From Candidatus Entotheonellaceae bacterium (GTDB lineage: Bacteria; Tectomicrobia; Entotheonellia; Entotheonellales; Entotheonellaceae): DNA of 64,000 nt. The notes under the pieces are model-generated. The model saw nothing but the letters and a program-made list of their open reading frames with translations. It was not told the origin of the DNA and ran no database searches. The stretch spans positions 2,912,001-2,976,000 of the forward strand of contig OZ250173.1 of NCBI GenBank assembly GCA_965238075.1, given 5' to 3'. Below are positions 39,311 through 49,332 of this stretch, piece by piece. Position 1 is the stretch's first letter. Every line of letters begins with the position of its first letter. Made by a program: the position numbers and the translations under genes.

Positions 39311-41071
39311 TTACAACGATGATCCCGTGCTGACGCCGGCCTGGCTGGACGCAAGACGGAACGGTTCGGCGGCTTGCCCATCCGCGGGCAGCCCGAGCGG
39401 CAGTTGGACATCCAGAAGGAAGGGGCGTTGTTCGTCCTCAACCACTCGTAAGCCGTGCTCAATCGCGTCCTCGACGCAGGACTCATCCTGCACCCGCATG
39501 CCTTCCACACCGAATCCGGCGGCGATCTGCACCGGATCAATGCCGTCCAGAACCACGCCTGCGTATTCGCTAGCCTGCTTCATGGCGCCATCGGCCAACC
39601 CGAAGAAATTTGCCACGATGCCGTAGGACTGGTTGTTGGGGATAACGTAGAGCACGGGAATGGCGTGATGAACCGTCGTCCAGAGTCCGGAGTCCGCATA
39701 GAACAACGAGCCATCGCCAACCAGACCCACGACCGGGCGATCCGGCGCCGCAAGCTTGAGCCCGGCCGCGGCGCCAATACCGTAGCCTTCCGACCCGCCG
39801 GCTGGTCTGACGTAAACGTTATTGCCGGCGCCAGCCGGTTTCCCCAGACAATCAAGGGGCAGGGCAAATTGCTCAATCATGATCAGCCCGCCGCCGCGGC
39901 GCTCCAGAGCCTCGTCAAGTGTCTGCGCCAGGACCCACGGGCGCACCCGTGAGGATTGGGGCGCCATATTCTGGTGCCTCTCAAGGCGTGTCTCACGCAG
40001 CCGCGCTGCCTGGGCCTGCGCCCGGACCCGTCGTTCGTCGTAGTATCCCGGCGTCGCCTCCTGCAACATCAACGCCTGCAGGCGTGCGAGTGTCCGGCCT
40101 TCGTCCGCCAACACGGCCAGCTCAAGACCCGGGATGTTCTCGAAGTTTTCGACATCCGGACCGATGGCAATCACGCGTCTTGCGTCGGTGAACGGCTGGT
40201 AATCGTCAGGCCGTCCATTGCCGCCGTGGCGGACGCCGATACACACGATGAGGTCCGGATCGAGAGCCGCCACCGCTGGTTCAAACGGTCCGCAATGCAG
40301 GGGATGTTTGATGGGCACGCCGCGCATGTCCCCGAAGAGGGTGGCGACGGCGGCGCCGCAGTGCTCCGCCAGGGCTGTCGCTTGCGCTTCGGCGCCGCTC
40401 TTCCAGACACCGTCGCCCACATAAATCAGCGGGCGCCTGGCGTCGCGCAAGGAGCGGGCAATGGCTTCGACATCGTCATCGGCGGGATATCCGGCCCGGG
40501 GGTCGGGAGCGCCACCCTCGATAATGTTCGTGCTGACCTGCTGGGCATCAAGCAGGCGATCATAGACGGCCAGATGGACAGGGCCGACGGGCGGGGTTTT
40601 GGCCACCCGGATGGCCCGCTCAACGGCTTGCGGCAAGCCTTCCGGATCGATCACGCTCCAGTTGGCCTTGGTAAACGGCGCGGAGATGGCCGTCGGGCCA
40701 AAGTTGTGGCTGAGATCGAGACCGATCTTGTCAGCGAAACTGCCTGTATCGCCGGCAAAGGTGATGACCACGACGGGCAGGCTGCCGGTCCAGACGTTGA
40801 TGAGTTGTCCCAAACTCTGCGCCAAACCGGCGCCCAAGTGGACCACGGTAACGGCGACGTCGCCGTTGGCCTGCGTGTAGCCGCCGGCCATGGCCGTGAC
40901 GCTGCCCTCGTGCAACGCCAGGATGCCGTGGATATCGGGATGCCGGTAGAGCGCATCGAAGAAGTGAGCCTCGCGCGAGCCGGAGTTGTAAAACACGTAT
41001 TTCACGCCGGACGCCACAAGTTGCTCGACGATAAGCTGCGATGGAGTCGCGGTGATGGATCGCATCTGCAT
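39311..41071 (-). CDS. Thiamine pyrophosphate enzyme (benzoylformate decarboxylase-like)
   Basis: VFYNSGSRE, ALHEG, and the TPP motif GDGS..NNQSY. Confidence 0.88.
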   Translation of the reverse strand: MQMRSITATPSQLIVEQLVASGVKYVFYNSGSREAHFFDALYRHPDIHGILALHEGSVTAMAGGYTQANGDVAVTVVHLGAGLAQSLGQLINVWTGSLPVVVITFAGDTGSFADKIGLDLSHNFGPTAISAPFTKANWSVIDPEGLPQAVERAIRVAKTPPVGPVHLAVYDRLLDAQQVSTNIIEGGAPDPRAGYPADDDVEAIARSLRDARRPLIYVGDGVWKSGAEAQATALAEHCGAAVATLFGDMRGVPIKHPLHCGPFEPAVAALDPDLIVCIGVRHGGNGRPDDYQPFTDARRVIAIGPDVENFENIPGLELAVLADEGRTLARLQALMLQEATPGYYDERRVRAQAQAARLRETRLERHQNMAPQSSRVRPWVLAQTLDEALERRGGGLIMIEQFALPLDCLGKPAGAGNNVYVRPAGGSEGYGIGAAAGLKLAAPDRPVVGLVGDGSLFYADSGLWTTVHHAIPVLYVIPNNQSYGIVANFFGLADGAMKQASEYAGVVLDGIDPVQIAAGFGVEGMRVQDESCVEDAIEHGLRVVEDEQRPFLLDVQLPLGLPADGQAAEPFRLASSQAGVSTGSSL

Positions 41072-41195
41072 GGGGAATACCTCGCTCGCGGGTCGCCGGA
41101 GTCTGTGCCTTGGAGGGTCAATGATGGGTCGCATGCGTCAAGGTCGATGGCGGGGCGATTATACGTTTGGCCCTGCGGACAATCAAACACGGCTT

Positions 41196-41230
41196 CCTCT
41201 CCCTTGGCGGAAGAGGGTCGGGGTGAGGGG
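41196..41230. repeat. REP-like extragenic palindrome (CCTCTCCC..GAGGGTCGGGGTGAGGGG class)
   Basis: CCTCTCCC/TTGGC/GGAAGAGG followed by GGGGTGAGGGG, recognisable as a dispersed bacterial repeat type. Single copy in the window. Confidence 0.55.
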
Positions 41231-41341
41231 TAAATTGTGGTGCGGCAGCTACCAGGCGCCTTGCCGTTGCGGAGCCATTTCCCTACCCTGGGGCGCGGCA
41301 ATCAACAGGAGATGAATCAAACAAAGACAACGGGAGCCGCC

Positions 41342-42535
41342 ATGGAAGCAAACAGACGATTGACCGGGCCGCGGGTACTGGACGGTGTTCGCGTTCTGGA
41401 TTTCACCTCGGTCATCGCCGGACCGTACTGCACCCGGTTGATGGCTGACCTGGGAGCGGAGGTGTTGAAAATCGAGCCGCCAGGCGGGGAGTTTGCCCGT
41501 CACGTGCCGCCGATGCGCCAGGGCGTCAGCGCGGTGTTCAGTCAGCTCAACTGCGGTAAGAAAAGCCTGGCCCTCGATCTCAAGCATGCCGCCGCGGCTG
41601 ACATCGTCAAGCAGTTGGTGCGCACCTACGACGTGGTGATGGAGAATTACAGCCCCGGCGTCATGGCGCGGCTGGGCCTGGATTACGCCGCGCTGGCGCA
41701 AGCCAACCCGGCCCTCATCATGTGCTCGATTTCCGGCTACGGGCAGACGGGACCCAGCGCGCAGCGCCCGGCGTACGCCCCGGTGGTGCAAGCTGAAAGC
41801 GGTTTCGAGCAGGTCTACCTGCAGTATCAACCCAACCTTGAACGGCCGCTCAACATGGGGCCGCCCGTCGCCGACACAACGGCCTCTCTGCAAGCATTGG
41901 GCGCCATCAATGGGGCGCTGTTTTACCGACAGCGGACAGGGCAGGGGCAGCACATCGACATCGCCATGTTCGACGCCATCCTCAACACCTTCCCGAAAGA
42001 GTTCCAGCAACATTACTGGCCTTCGACGCCCGACCGCCTGTACGGCCCGTTCGACACCCAGGACGGGTTCATCCTCGTCCTGCCGCTCAATCAGAAACAT
42101 TTCGAAAGCCTTGCAACGTGCATGGAACGGCAGGATCTGCTGAGCGACCCTCGCTTTGCCACCACGACCGAGCGTCTGGCCAACTACCAGGCGTTCACTG
42201 CGATTGTCGCGGCTTGGCTGCGACGGCTGCCAAGCGCGGAAGCTCTGGCAATACTCGACAGCGCCCATATTCCTTGCGCCAACTATCGCAGCGTGGGAGA
42301 AGCCGCTGGCGACCCGCAACTGCTGCATCGCGGGATGATCGCGGAGACGGAAGACGCCGCCGGCAAGCTGCGTGTGCCCAACTCGCCTTTCCTGTTTTCA
42401 AACACCCAGGCCAACGTGCAACCTTGGGTTGCCAAGGTGGGACAACACAACCGCGAGATTCTCGCAACGGTGCTGGGGTATTCAGCGGCGTGTATCAATC
42501 AGCTTGAAGCGGATGGCGTTTTGTGTGGCGGGTAG
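41342..42535 (+). CDS. CoA-transferase family III (CaiB/BaiF)
   Basis: LDGVRVLD, AGPYC, DLGAEVLKIE, NCGKKS, ENYSPG and ISGYGQTGP. Confidence 0.93.
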   Translation: MEANRRLTGPRVLDGVRVLDFTSVIAGPYCTRLMADLGAEVLKIEPPGGEFARHVPPMRQGVSAVFSQLNCGKKSLALDLKHAAAADIVKQLVRTYDVVMENYSPGVMARLGLDYAALAQANPALIMCSISGYGQTGPSAQRPAYAPVVQAESGFEQVYLQYQPNLERPLNMGPPVADTTASLQALGAINGALFYRQRTGQGQHIDIAMFDAILNTFPKEFQQHYWPSTPDRLYGPFDTQDGFILVLPLNQKHFESLATCMERQDLLSDPRFATTTERLANYQAFTAIVAAWLRRLPSAEALAILDSAHIPCANYRSVGEAAGDPQLLHRGMIAETEDAAGKLRVPNSPFLFSNTQANVQPWVAKVGQHNREILATVLGYSAACINQLEADGVLCGG

Positions 42536-42934
42536 GGGCATGAGTCTGTCCCCACCTCGGAGCCTTTTTCGCCCCATTTGGCGCCCGGGTGCCCCACCAT
42601 TTTGGCCGAGACGGCCCAAACTGATCTTTCCGGTGGGATATTGGCCGCGATGGATTCGTCGGCTTTCGTTTGGACCAGCAATGGCAAGGATTTCCACGCT
42701 TCGGTGAGAGCCTCTGAAGTTGTCATAATACGTTCTTATACGAAGCTGGAACGCAACATGTCCGGAGGAAGGCGATGAAAAATCCCGCAACTATACAGGA
42801 ACCCGGGCTGGCTTTATCGGAGCTTTCGCAGGGGCTACCAATCGGTAGTTGTTGAAGCCAGTTTCTCGCGGAAGAATCGTGTGCCTGTCTACGAACCGAA
42901 TTGACGTAGCGCTTCAGGCAGCCGTCCTGTAACG

Positions 42935-42968
42935 GCCCTGGATTTCGGCGGGCGCCGGAATCCAGGGC
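42935..42968. repeat. 16-bp hairpin of the CTGGATTCCGGC REP-like family; possible terminator between convergent genes
   Basis: GCCCTGGATTTCGGCG/GG/CGCCGGAATCCAGGGC. It shares CGCCGGAATCCAG with 48571-48583. Confidence 0.7.
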
Positions 42969-43001
42969 GAGCCGGTGCCCAAATCTGGATAATGATCGAA
43001 A

Positions 43002-44744
43002 TCACGCGTGCGTAGCGTCAATCCCGCCGCGCAGCGCGGCGGTCGCCGCTTCGTCCACGCAGCCGTCGGAGTCAAGCGCGACGCCGTAGCGGGTTCGGGC
43101 GGAGGCAACGGAAACGATGCCGTTGCGCACGTCTTCGGCGACTTGCCCGGCGGGGCGGTCGTGCGGGTGGCCGAAGCCGCCGCCCCCGGCCATGTCGAGG
43201 CGTAGGCGGTCATGCGGCGGGATGGTCTGCTGGCCCTTGGGACGCAGGGCGGCGCCGGAAGCCAGGGCGACCCGTCCGGTAGCGCCGTCAGTGCCGCCGT
43301 CGCGGCCGCGCGGGGCGTTGTCGACGCGCTCGAACATGGCGAGCACGTCGAACGGCATGCCGTCAGCGCCGCCGATCTCGATGACCTGTCCGAGGCCGCC
43401 GCGTTGGGCACCGGCGCCGCCGGAGTCTTCCCGAAACTCCTTGCGCCAAAAGATCACCGGGGTGATCGCCTCGCTGGCCTCGACCGGCATACCGCGCACG
43501 CCGCTCGGAAAGGCCGTCGCGCTCATGCCGTCCTTGCGCGGCCGCGCGCCGCTGCCGCCACTGTTGAAGTGCAGCATCTCGAACGCCGGGCGTTCACCGG
43601 CGTAACCGTTGTTCGGCGATACCGACGGCCCGCCACGCAACTGGATATTCCACAGCGACGCCGAACCCTCCGCCTGCACACCGCCGGGCAGCACCTGGTG
43701 CAGGCACCCCAGCACGGTATCCGGCAGCAGGTGCCCGATGATATGCCGCGCCGCCACCGCACACGGGCGCGGCGCGTTGAGGATGCAGCCCTCCGGGGCC
43801 GCGAAGGTGATCGGCAGCAGCGAGCCGTAGTTGTTCGGAATGTCCGGCGCCACGGCACACTTGACCCCGAAGCAGGTGTACGCCTTGGTGTAGTTCAGCA
43901 CCACGTTGATGCCGTGACTGCTGACCGGCGAGGTGCCGGCGTAGTCGACGTGAATGACGTCGTCGCCCACCGTCAGCGCGGCGCGCAGCGTCACCGGCTC
44001 GTCATACCCGTCCATGGTCAACTCGTTGTGATACGTGCCCGGCTTGATGGCGCGGATGCGCTCGATGGTCGCCTGACGCGACTGTTCGAAGATGAACTCT
44101 GCCAAGTCATCGAGTTGCTCGATGCCGAACTCCGCCATCATGGCCTGCAGACGGTTGGCGCCGGTGTCGTTGGCGGCGGCGAAGGAGAAGATGTCGCCGA
44201 CCACCTGCTGCGGCTCGCGCACGTTGGCGCGGATGAGGTCGAGCAGGGTGGCGTTCGGCTCGCCGTCCCGGAACAGGTGCAGGATGGGGATGCTGAGGCC
44301 CTCCTCGAAGACCTGGCGCGCGTCCGGTCCGAAGCCGCGCCCGCCGATGTCCACCACGTGGCAGGTGTTGGCGAACAGCCCGACCAGCCGGTCGCGGTAG
44401 AACGTCGGCGTCACCACCGTGATGTCGTGCAGGTGCCCGGAGGTGAACCAAGGGTCGTTGGTGATGAACACGTCGCCGGGTTCCATGGTGTCCACCGGGT
44501 GCTTGGCGATGAAATGCCCGACGCCCTCGGCCATGGAGTTGATGTGCCCCGGCGTGCCGGTGACCGCCTGCGCCAGCATGCGGCCCTGGCGGTCGAAGAC
44601 CCCGGCGGCGAGGTCGCCAGCCTCCCGCACGCTGGTGGAAAAGGCGGTGCGCACCAGCGTCTGCGCCTGCTCCTCGACGACCGAGATCAGGCGGTTCCAC
44701 ATGATGTGATGGTGGATTTTCGATAGCGTGGCGGCTTGGTTCAT
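43002..44744 (-). CDS. Hydantoinase B/5-oxoprolinase family subunit
   Basis: RTAFSTSVRE..D, NDPW..GHLHD, HVVDIGG, EEGL, DSGGAG..RGG and GGGGFG. Confidence 0.93.
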   Translation of the reverse strand: MNQAATLSKIHHHIMWNRLISVVEEQAQTLVRTAFSTSVREAGDLAAGVFDRQGRMLAQAVTGTPGHINSMAEGVGHFIAKHPVDTMEPGDVFITNDPWFTSGHLHDITVVTPTFYRDRLVGLFANTCHVVDIGGRGFGPDARQVFEEGLSIPILHLFRDGEPNATLLDLIRANVREPQQVVGDIFSFAAANDTGANRLQAMMAEFGIEQLDDLAEFIFEQSRQATIERIRAIKPGTYHNELTMDGYDEPVTLRAALTVGDDVIHVDYAGTSPVSSHGINVVLNYTKAYTCFGVKCAVAPDIPNNYGSLLPITFAAPEGCILNAPRPCAVAARHIIGHLLPDTVLGCLHQVLPGGVQAEGSASLWNIQLRGGPSVSPNNGYAGERPAFEMLHFNSGGSGARPRKDGMSATAFPSGVRGMPVEASEAITPVIFWRKEFREDSGGAGAQRGGLGQVIEIGGADGMPFDVLAMFERVDNAPRGRDGGTDGATGRVALASGAALRPKGQQTIPPHDRLRLDMAGGGGFGHPHDRPAGQVAEDVRNGIVSVASARTRYGVALDSDGCVDEAATAALRGGIDATHA

Positions 44745-46873
44745 GGCGCGGTTCCTCCTTCTACCTGGGGCGACAGGTGTTCAAGCACGAGGTAGTTGAG
44801 CGGGTGCACCTGGGCGCGAAAACGACCGCTGACGACGGTGGACGTGTCGTCTTCGACGATCACCGCGGGTCCGGTGATCTGCGCTCCCGGCGACAGGTCC
44901 CGGCGTTGATAAACCGGCGCGGTCACCGGTTCGCCGGTGACCGTATCGACGATGCGGCGATGACCGCTGGGCGGCGGGGCATCGGCGGCTTGGGCCGTTT
45001 CGACGACCGGGGCGGGTGCTTCGTCGGCGGTGCTGACCAGCAGGACCCAGGTGAGAATTTCTACTTCGAGGTACGGGATGCTGCGTTCGTAAAGTCTACG
45101 GTACTCGTCCTCGAACGCCGCCAGCAGGACCTCCGGCGCGTCGGGTCCCAGGCGTGGGGTGTGAATGCGTACCGGCAGTTCGACGCCCACCTCGTGGCCC
45201 TGGCCCACGTAGCGCATGAACGCCGTGCGGGTCTCGCTCAGCGGTCGGCCGGCGGCGCCGGCTTCCACCACGGCGAGGGCCTCGGCGCGCATGGCGTCCA
45301 GCAGCGCGTTGGCGCCGTCGATGTCGAGCGATGCGACGCGCTGGTAAAAGCTGCGGGTGACCTCGTATGAGACTGGTGCGCGCAGAAAGCCGATGGCGGA
45401 GCCCACGCCGGCCTCGGGCGGGATGACGACGCGCCGCACGTTCAGCTTTTCGGCCAGGCGCGCGGCGTGCAGCGGGGCGGCGCCGCCAAAGGCGATGAGG
45501 GTGCGGTTCTCCACAATCCGGCCGCTCTCGATGGCGTGTACGCGCGAGGCGTTGGCCATGTTCTCGTCCACCATCTCCGACACCCCAAGGGCGGCACCGC
45601 CGGCGTCGAGTTCCAGCCGCTCACCAACGCCGCTCAACAGGGCGTCGGCGGCTTTGTCACGGTTCAGCACGATGCGCCCGCCAGCGAACTGTTGCGGGTC
45701 GATACGGCCGAGGACGACGTCGGCATCGGTGACGGTGGGGCGCTCGCCGCCGCGGTCATAGCATGCCGGACCGGGTTCCGAGCCGGCGCTTTCCGGCCCC
45801 ACGGCGACGCGTCCCAGCGCGTCAAGCGTGGCGATGGAGCCGCCGCCGGCGCCGATTTCGACCATCCGAATGACCGGAATGCGCAGCGGGATGCCGCTGC
45901 CCTGCAGGAAGCGGTAGATGCGCGCCACCTCGAAGCTGCGCGAGGTTTGCGGGGCACCATCGTCGATCAGACAGATTTTGGCGGTGGTGCCGCCCATGTC
46001 GTAGGACAGCACCGCGTCCAGCCCAAGTTGGCGCGCGATGTGGCTGGCGAAAATGGCGCCCCCCGCGGGGCCGGATTCGACCAAGCGTACGGGGAAGCGA
46101 ACGGCGGTTTCAAGGGTCGTGATGCCGCCGCCGGACAGCATGAGATAGAGCGGGCAGCGCAGCCCGGCGTCGGCCAGTTGTTGTTGCAGGCCGCGCAGAT
46201 GCCGGCTCATTAGCGGCTGCACGTAGGCGTTGGCGCAGGCCGTCGAAATGCGCTCGTACTCGCGCATTTCGGGCGACACCTCGCTGGACAGGGTGACTTC
46301 CAGGCCGGGCAGGGCGGCCAGCAGGATGTCGCGCGCCCGCTCTTCGTGGGCGGCGTTCATGTAGCTGTGCAGAAAGCCGACGGCGACGCTGCGCACGGCC
46401 TCCGAACGCAGGCGGGGAATCAGGGCATCAACGTCGGCCTCGGCCAGGGGCAGCAGCACCTCGCCGCGTGCGTTGAGGCGTTCGCGCACCGGCAGGCGCA
46501 GCCGACGCGGCACCAGCGGCGTAGGCAGGTCGATGTCGAGGTCGTACTGCTCATAGCGGTTCTCGTTGCGCATCTCGATGACGTCGCGGAAGCCCTCGGT
46601 GGTGATCAGCGCCGTCGCCGACCCCTTTTGCTCGATCAGCAGATTGGTGGCCAGGGTGGTGCCGTAAATGACCGTGGTGACGGCCTGCGGCTGCACGCCG
46701 GCGCGTTGCAGCACCTCGTGCACGCCCCGCAGCACGCCATGTTCCGGCGCCTCGGGGGTGGTCAGTGTTTTGGCGGTATGGAAAGCCCCGCCGATTTCCA
46801 GCGCCACGTCCGTAAACGTGCCGCCGATATCGACACCCATCCGGCATTGGTCTTGCGGAGAAGAATTATCCAT
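44741..46873 (-). CDS. Hydantoinase A/5-oxoprolinase family subunit
   Basis: GVDIGGTFTD, GTTLATN, ESGPAGG, DMGGTT, IGAGGGS and GPESAGSEPGP. Start taken as ATG 46873. Confidence 0.93.
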   Translation of the reverse strand: MDNSSPQDQCRMGVDIGGTFTDVALEIGGAFHTAKTLTTPEAPEHGVLRGVHEVLQRAGVQPQAVTTVIYGTTLATNLLIEQKGSATALITTEGFRDVIEMRNENRYEQYDLDIDLPTPLVPRRLRLPVRERLNARGEVLLPLAEADVDALIPRLRSEAVRSVAVGFLHSYMNAAHEERARDILLAALPGLEVTLSSEVSPEMREYERISTACANAYVQPLMSRHLRGLQQQLADAGLRCPLYLMLSGGGITTLETAVRFPVRLVESGPAGGAIFASHIARQLGLDAVLSYDMGGTTAKICLIDDGAPQTSRSFEVARIYRFLQGSGIPLRIPVIRMVEIGAGGGSIATLDALGRVAVGPESAGSEPGPACYDRGGERPTVTDADVVLGRIDPQQFAGGRIVLNRDKAADALLSGVGERLELDAGGAALGVSEMVDENMANASRVHAIESGRIVENRTLIAFGGAAPLHAARLAEKLNVRRVVIPPEAGVGSAIGFLRAPVSYEVTRSFYQRVASLDIDGANALLDAMRAEALAVVEAGAAGRPLSETRTAFMRYVGQGHEVGVELPVRIHTPRLGPDAPEVLLAAFEDEYRRLYERSIPYLEVEILTWVLLVSTADEAPAPVVETAQAADAPPPSGHRRIVDTVTGEPVTAPVYQRRDLSPGAQITGPAVIVEDDTSTVVSGRFRAQVHPLNYLVLEHLSPQVEGGTAP

Positions 46874-46926
46874 TTGTTTTATGTGCGCCTGTTTTGACCA
46901 ATCAAAAACGTTTCCATCGCACTGCG

Positions 46927-48123
46927 TCATCCGGACGCTTCGTCGAGGTGTTCCCGGGTCTCGGCGAGCACCAGATCTACCACCTGGCCAGCGCCTCCGT
47001 CTCGGTGTCTCCCTCATGGCGGCGCAGCCGGTAGAGGTCGAGCTGGCGGTCTGCGCCGCTCCCGTTCATCACGATGGTCGGGGTGCGGCGGATCTCGGCC
47101 TCGCAGCCGAGCGCCCGGGCGTCGGCCGCGAGTTCGTCGACCACCTCCGACAGGTAATCGGCGATGTCTACCCGCCCGGTGCCCGACGTCCTGTCGCCGA
47201 AGAAAGCGAACACACCGTAGCGCTGGGCGATCCAACGATCCTCCGCGATCAGCTCGGTAAGCGGTTCGGGCGGGAGCTGGCCTTCCCGGTCCTGCCGCCA
47301 TAGCCAGCGGATGAGGCACGCGTAGAGCGCCGCGATGCTCACCGCGTCCTCGATATGCGTGCAGACATCGCAGATCCGAAGCTCCACCGTCGGATAGGCA
47401 TGGGAGGGTCGAATATCCCACCACAGCTCACTACCGTCGTTCAGGAACTCCATGCGCCGGTACCCGGACAAGAGCCGATCGTACTCTTCCCACGACCGCA
47501 GCGGGCCGGGCATGCCGGTGCGCGGGAGGCTACCGACCAGGCTCAGCCGGTAGGACTTGAACCCGGTCTCGTGCCCGGCGTTGAACGGCGACGAGGTCGA
47601 CAGCGCATGGAGCAGCGGCAGGTAGCGTCGTAATGCCGTCATCACCCGTATGCGCGTGTCCGCGTCTCCGATAGCCCGCGTGGATATGCATGCCGCCGAC
47701 GACAAAACGCCGTATCCCCTCCTGGAACGTCACCGCGAACCGTCTGTAGCGCTCCTTTGGCGTCACCGCCTGCGCCCGCCACGACGCGAAGGGATGGGTG
47801 GAAGCGGCCATTGCCGCCGCGCCGTACTGCCCGGCCGCCTCGATGACGATCTGGCGGGTTTCGCGCAGCGCCGCACGCACCTCCGCCACGGAACCGCATA
47901 CCCTCGTATTGGTCTCGATCTGGGAGCGCAGTAACTCCCGCACCACCCTGTGCGGCCCGCTAGTCCTTTCGCATGCCTCGAAGATGCCTGCGTCGGGATC
48001 GACCAGAAGGTCGCGGGAGCCGGGGTCAACCAGGAACAGCTCCTCCTCGACGCCGAGGGTGATCGTAAGTTCCTGGCAGGCCGGGGGCGTGCCGCCAGGG
48101 GTGGATGGAGGGGGCTTGGACAT
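46927..48123 (-). pseudogene. Carboxylate-amine ligase (YbdK/GCS2 family), two frameshifts
   Basis: TLGVEEE..QIE..GMHIHAG, then a +1 shift at ~47673 into IGDAD..LHALSTSSPF..WWDIRP..TVELRICD, then a -1 shift at ~46988 into QVVDLVLAETREHLDEASG*. Confidence 0.85.
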
Positions 48124-48223
48124 GATTTCCTCCAACGGATGCAATCGCGGACTGAATCCGACGGCCCAAACCTGCGCGCGCTACCCCGGATTCGGGCCCG
48201 CCGAGAATACTGTGATTATCCCC

Positions 48224-48427
48224 TCAGCAAGGGACGATGATTTCGAGAAACAGCTTGCGGAGGACGGGGAAACGGTCGGCGGACTGGCTGCGCAGCACCC
48301 GCACGACAACGGCGCGCGCGACAAACCACAGAAGCACCAGGCCGATGCCCAGCAGCGCCATCAGAGCGCCGAAACCGAAAAGCCATTTCAGAACGACGAA
48401 TACGTCGTGTAAAGCCGTCAGAATCAT
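48224..48427 (-). other. Short hydrophobic ORF or remnant of unknown function
   Basis: One long TM stretch LKWLFGFGALMALLGIGLVLLWFV preceded by AAGGAA. No family recognised. Confidence 0.3.
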
Positions 48428-48511
48428 TGTCAAAATTCCTTAGAGCGGTTTTCATATGACTATATGGGATCGTCGCAATGGGCAAAACCAGCTCTGATCA
48501 TCCGATGTCTT

Positions 48512-48651
48512 ACCGTGAAAATAGCCGCTGGCGTGATGGCCAATGCCCCCAAAGCCGTCATTCCGGCGCACGCCGGAATCCAGTGACCTTTGGGCGTCCG
48601 AAGACCCCTGGACCCCGGCTTGCGCCGGGGTGACGGTCCCATTTTCATGCT
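48512..48651. repeat. MITE/BIME-like element: two inverted REP-like units inside short imperfect terminal inverted repeats
   Basis: Units at 48555-48583 and 48608-48636 (reverse complement) are both CCGTCA-hairpin-TCCAG. Flanks ACCGTGAAAATAG and CCATTTTCATGCT match 10/13 as inverted repeats. Confidence 0.7.
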
Positions 48652-48707
48652 TCAGGCTCACGTAAGAGTATTTTCGATTCTGAATGAACGTTCCAATGCC
48701 CTCAAAG

Positions 48708-48748
48708 CGTCATCCTGGGCTTGACCCCGGACCAAGTCCGGGGCAGGC
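48708..48748. repeat. Third REP-like palindrome
   Basis: CGTCATCCTGGGCTTGA-CCCCGGAC/CAA/GTCCGGGG-CAGG. Confidence 0.55.
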
Positions 48749-48749
48749 T

Positions 48750-49232
48750 CTTGGCCGCCGCCGCTCAGCGCCCTTGCTCCACGACGCGGGCAGGTATAAG
48801 GCGCGGTCCAGCAACGTCTGAACCAGGCGACTGGCGCAGGTCAACAATACACCGATCCGGCAGTTCTGGACTTTCCCTGCCTTGCCACAAGGCGCGTCCG
48901 AGCAGGTGCTGGAAGCCGTAGGGCGTGGCAGGGCCACTGACTTCTGCCAGTTGCCAAGCGTTTTTGCGTCCTGTGGTACTGAGTAAGCCTTCAATATAGG
49001 CCACGGCGCGCTGCCATGTACCCGAATCGATGGACGGCGGACAAAGTAGGGACGGAGGCGCTGTGCCACCTCTTTGAGATAGGCGTGCCGTTGACGGTCG
49101 TCAGAGCCTGTCCCGTGCTGAAGCAGGGTCCGCCTCGATTGCGAGCGGGTCGAAACCTTGCATTGACATCATGGCGCCTGCGTTTTGAATCACGGAAAAG
49201 AACATGATAGCTTTAATTAGAGACGTCGTACA
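48750..49232 (-). mobile_element. IS701-family transposase remnant (internally deleted, frameshifted)
   Basis: AYIEGLLSTTGRKNAWQLAE..TPYGFQHLLGRALW joins directly to AGKVQNC.IGVLL..LLDRALYLPASW, so the first catalytic-Asp region is missing. Boundaries are approximate. Confidence 0.82.
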
Positions 49233-49332
49233 ATGCGGTCTATAGCCTTCCCTTTGGGCAGGCGTTCAACAAGCTTATATCGCTGGTTCGCAGGCTTATT
49301 GCATGGTATCAAGAATGACACAGGGGAAGGTC

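Noticed and set aside
42775..42856. 26-aa ORF with a strong RBS ending GSC-TGA, a possible third selenoprotein
   Set aside because: No convincing hairpin after the TGA, only 17 more codons, and no recognisable family. The 42540-42930 spacer remains unexplained.
43212..44726. Long antisense ORFs (also 33559-35287, 38526-39626, 39956-41233, 55122-56741, 61770-63068)
   Set aside because: They lie opposite well-supported genes in GC-rich DNA, where stop codons are scarce; the translations are not protein-like.
48224..48229. C-TGA at the end of the small hydrophobic ORF as a Sec site
   Set aside because: Only a weak G-U-rich stem follows, there is no redox motif, and the region is decaying.
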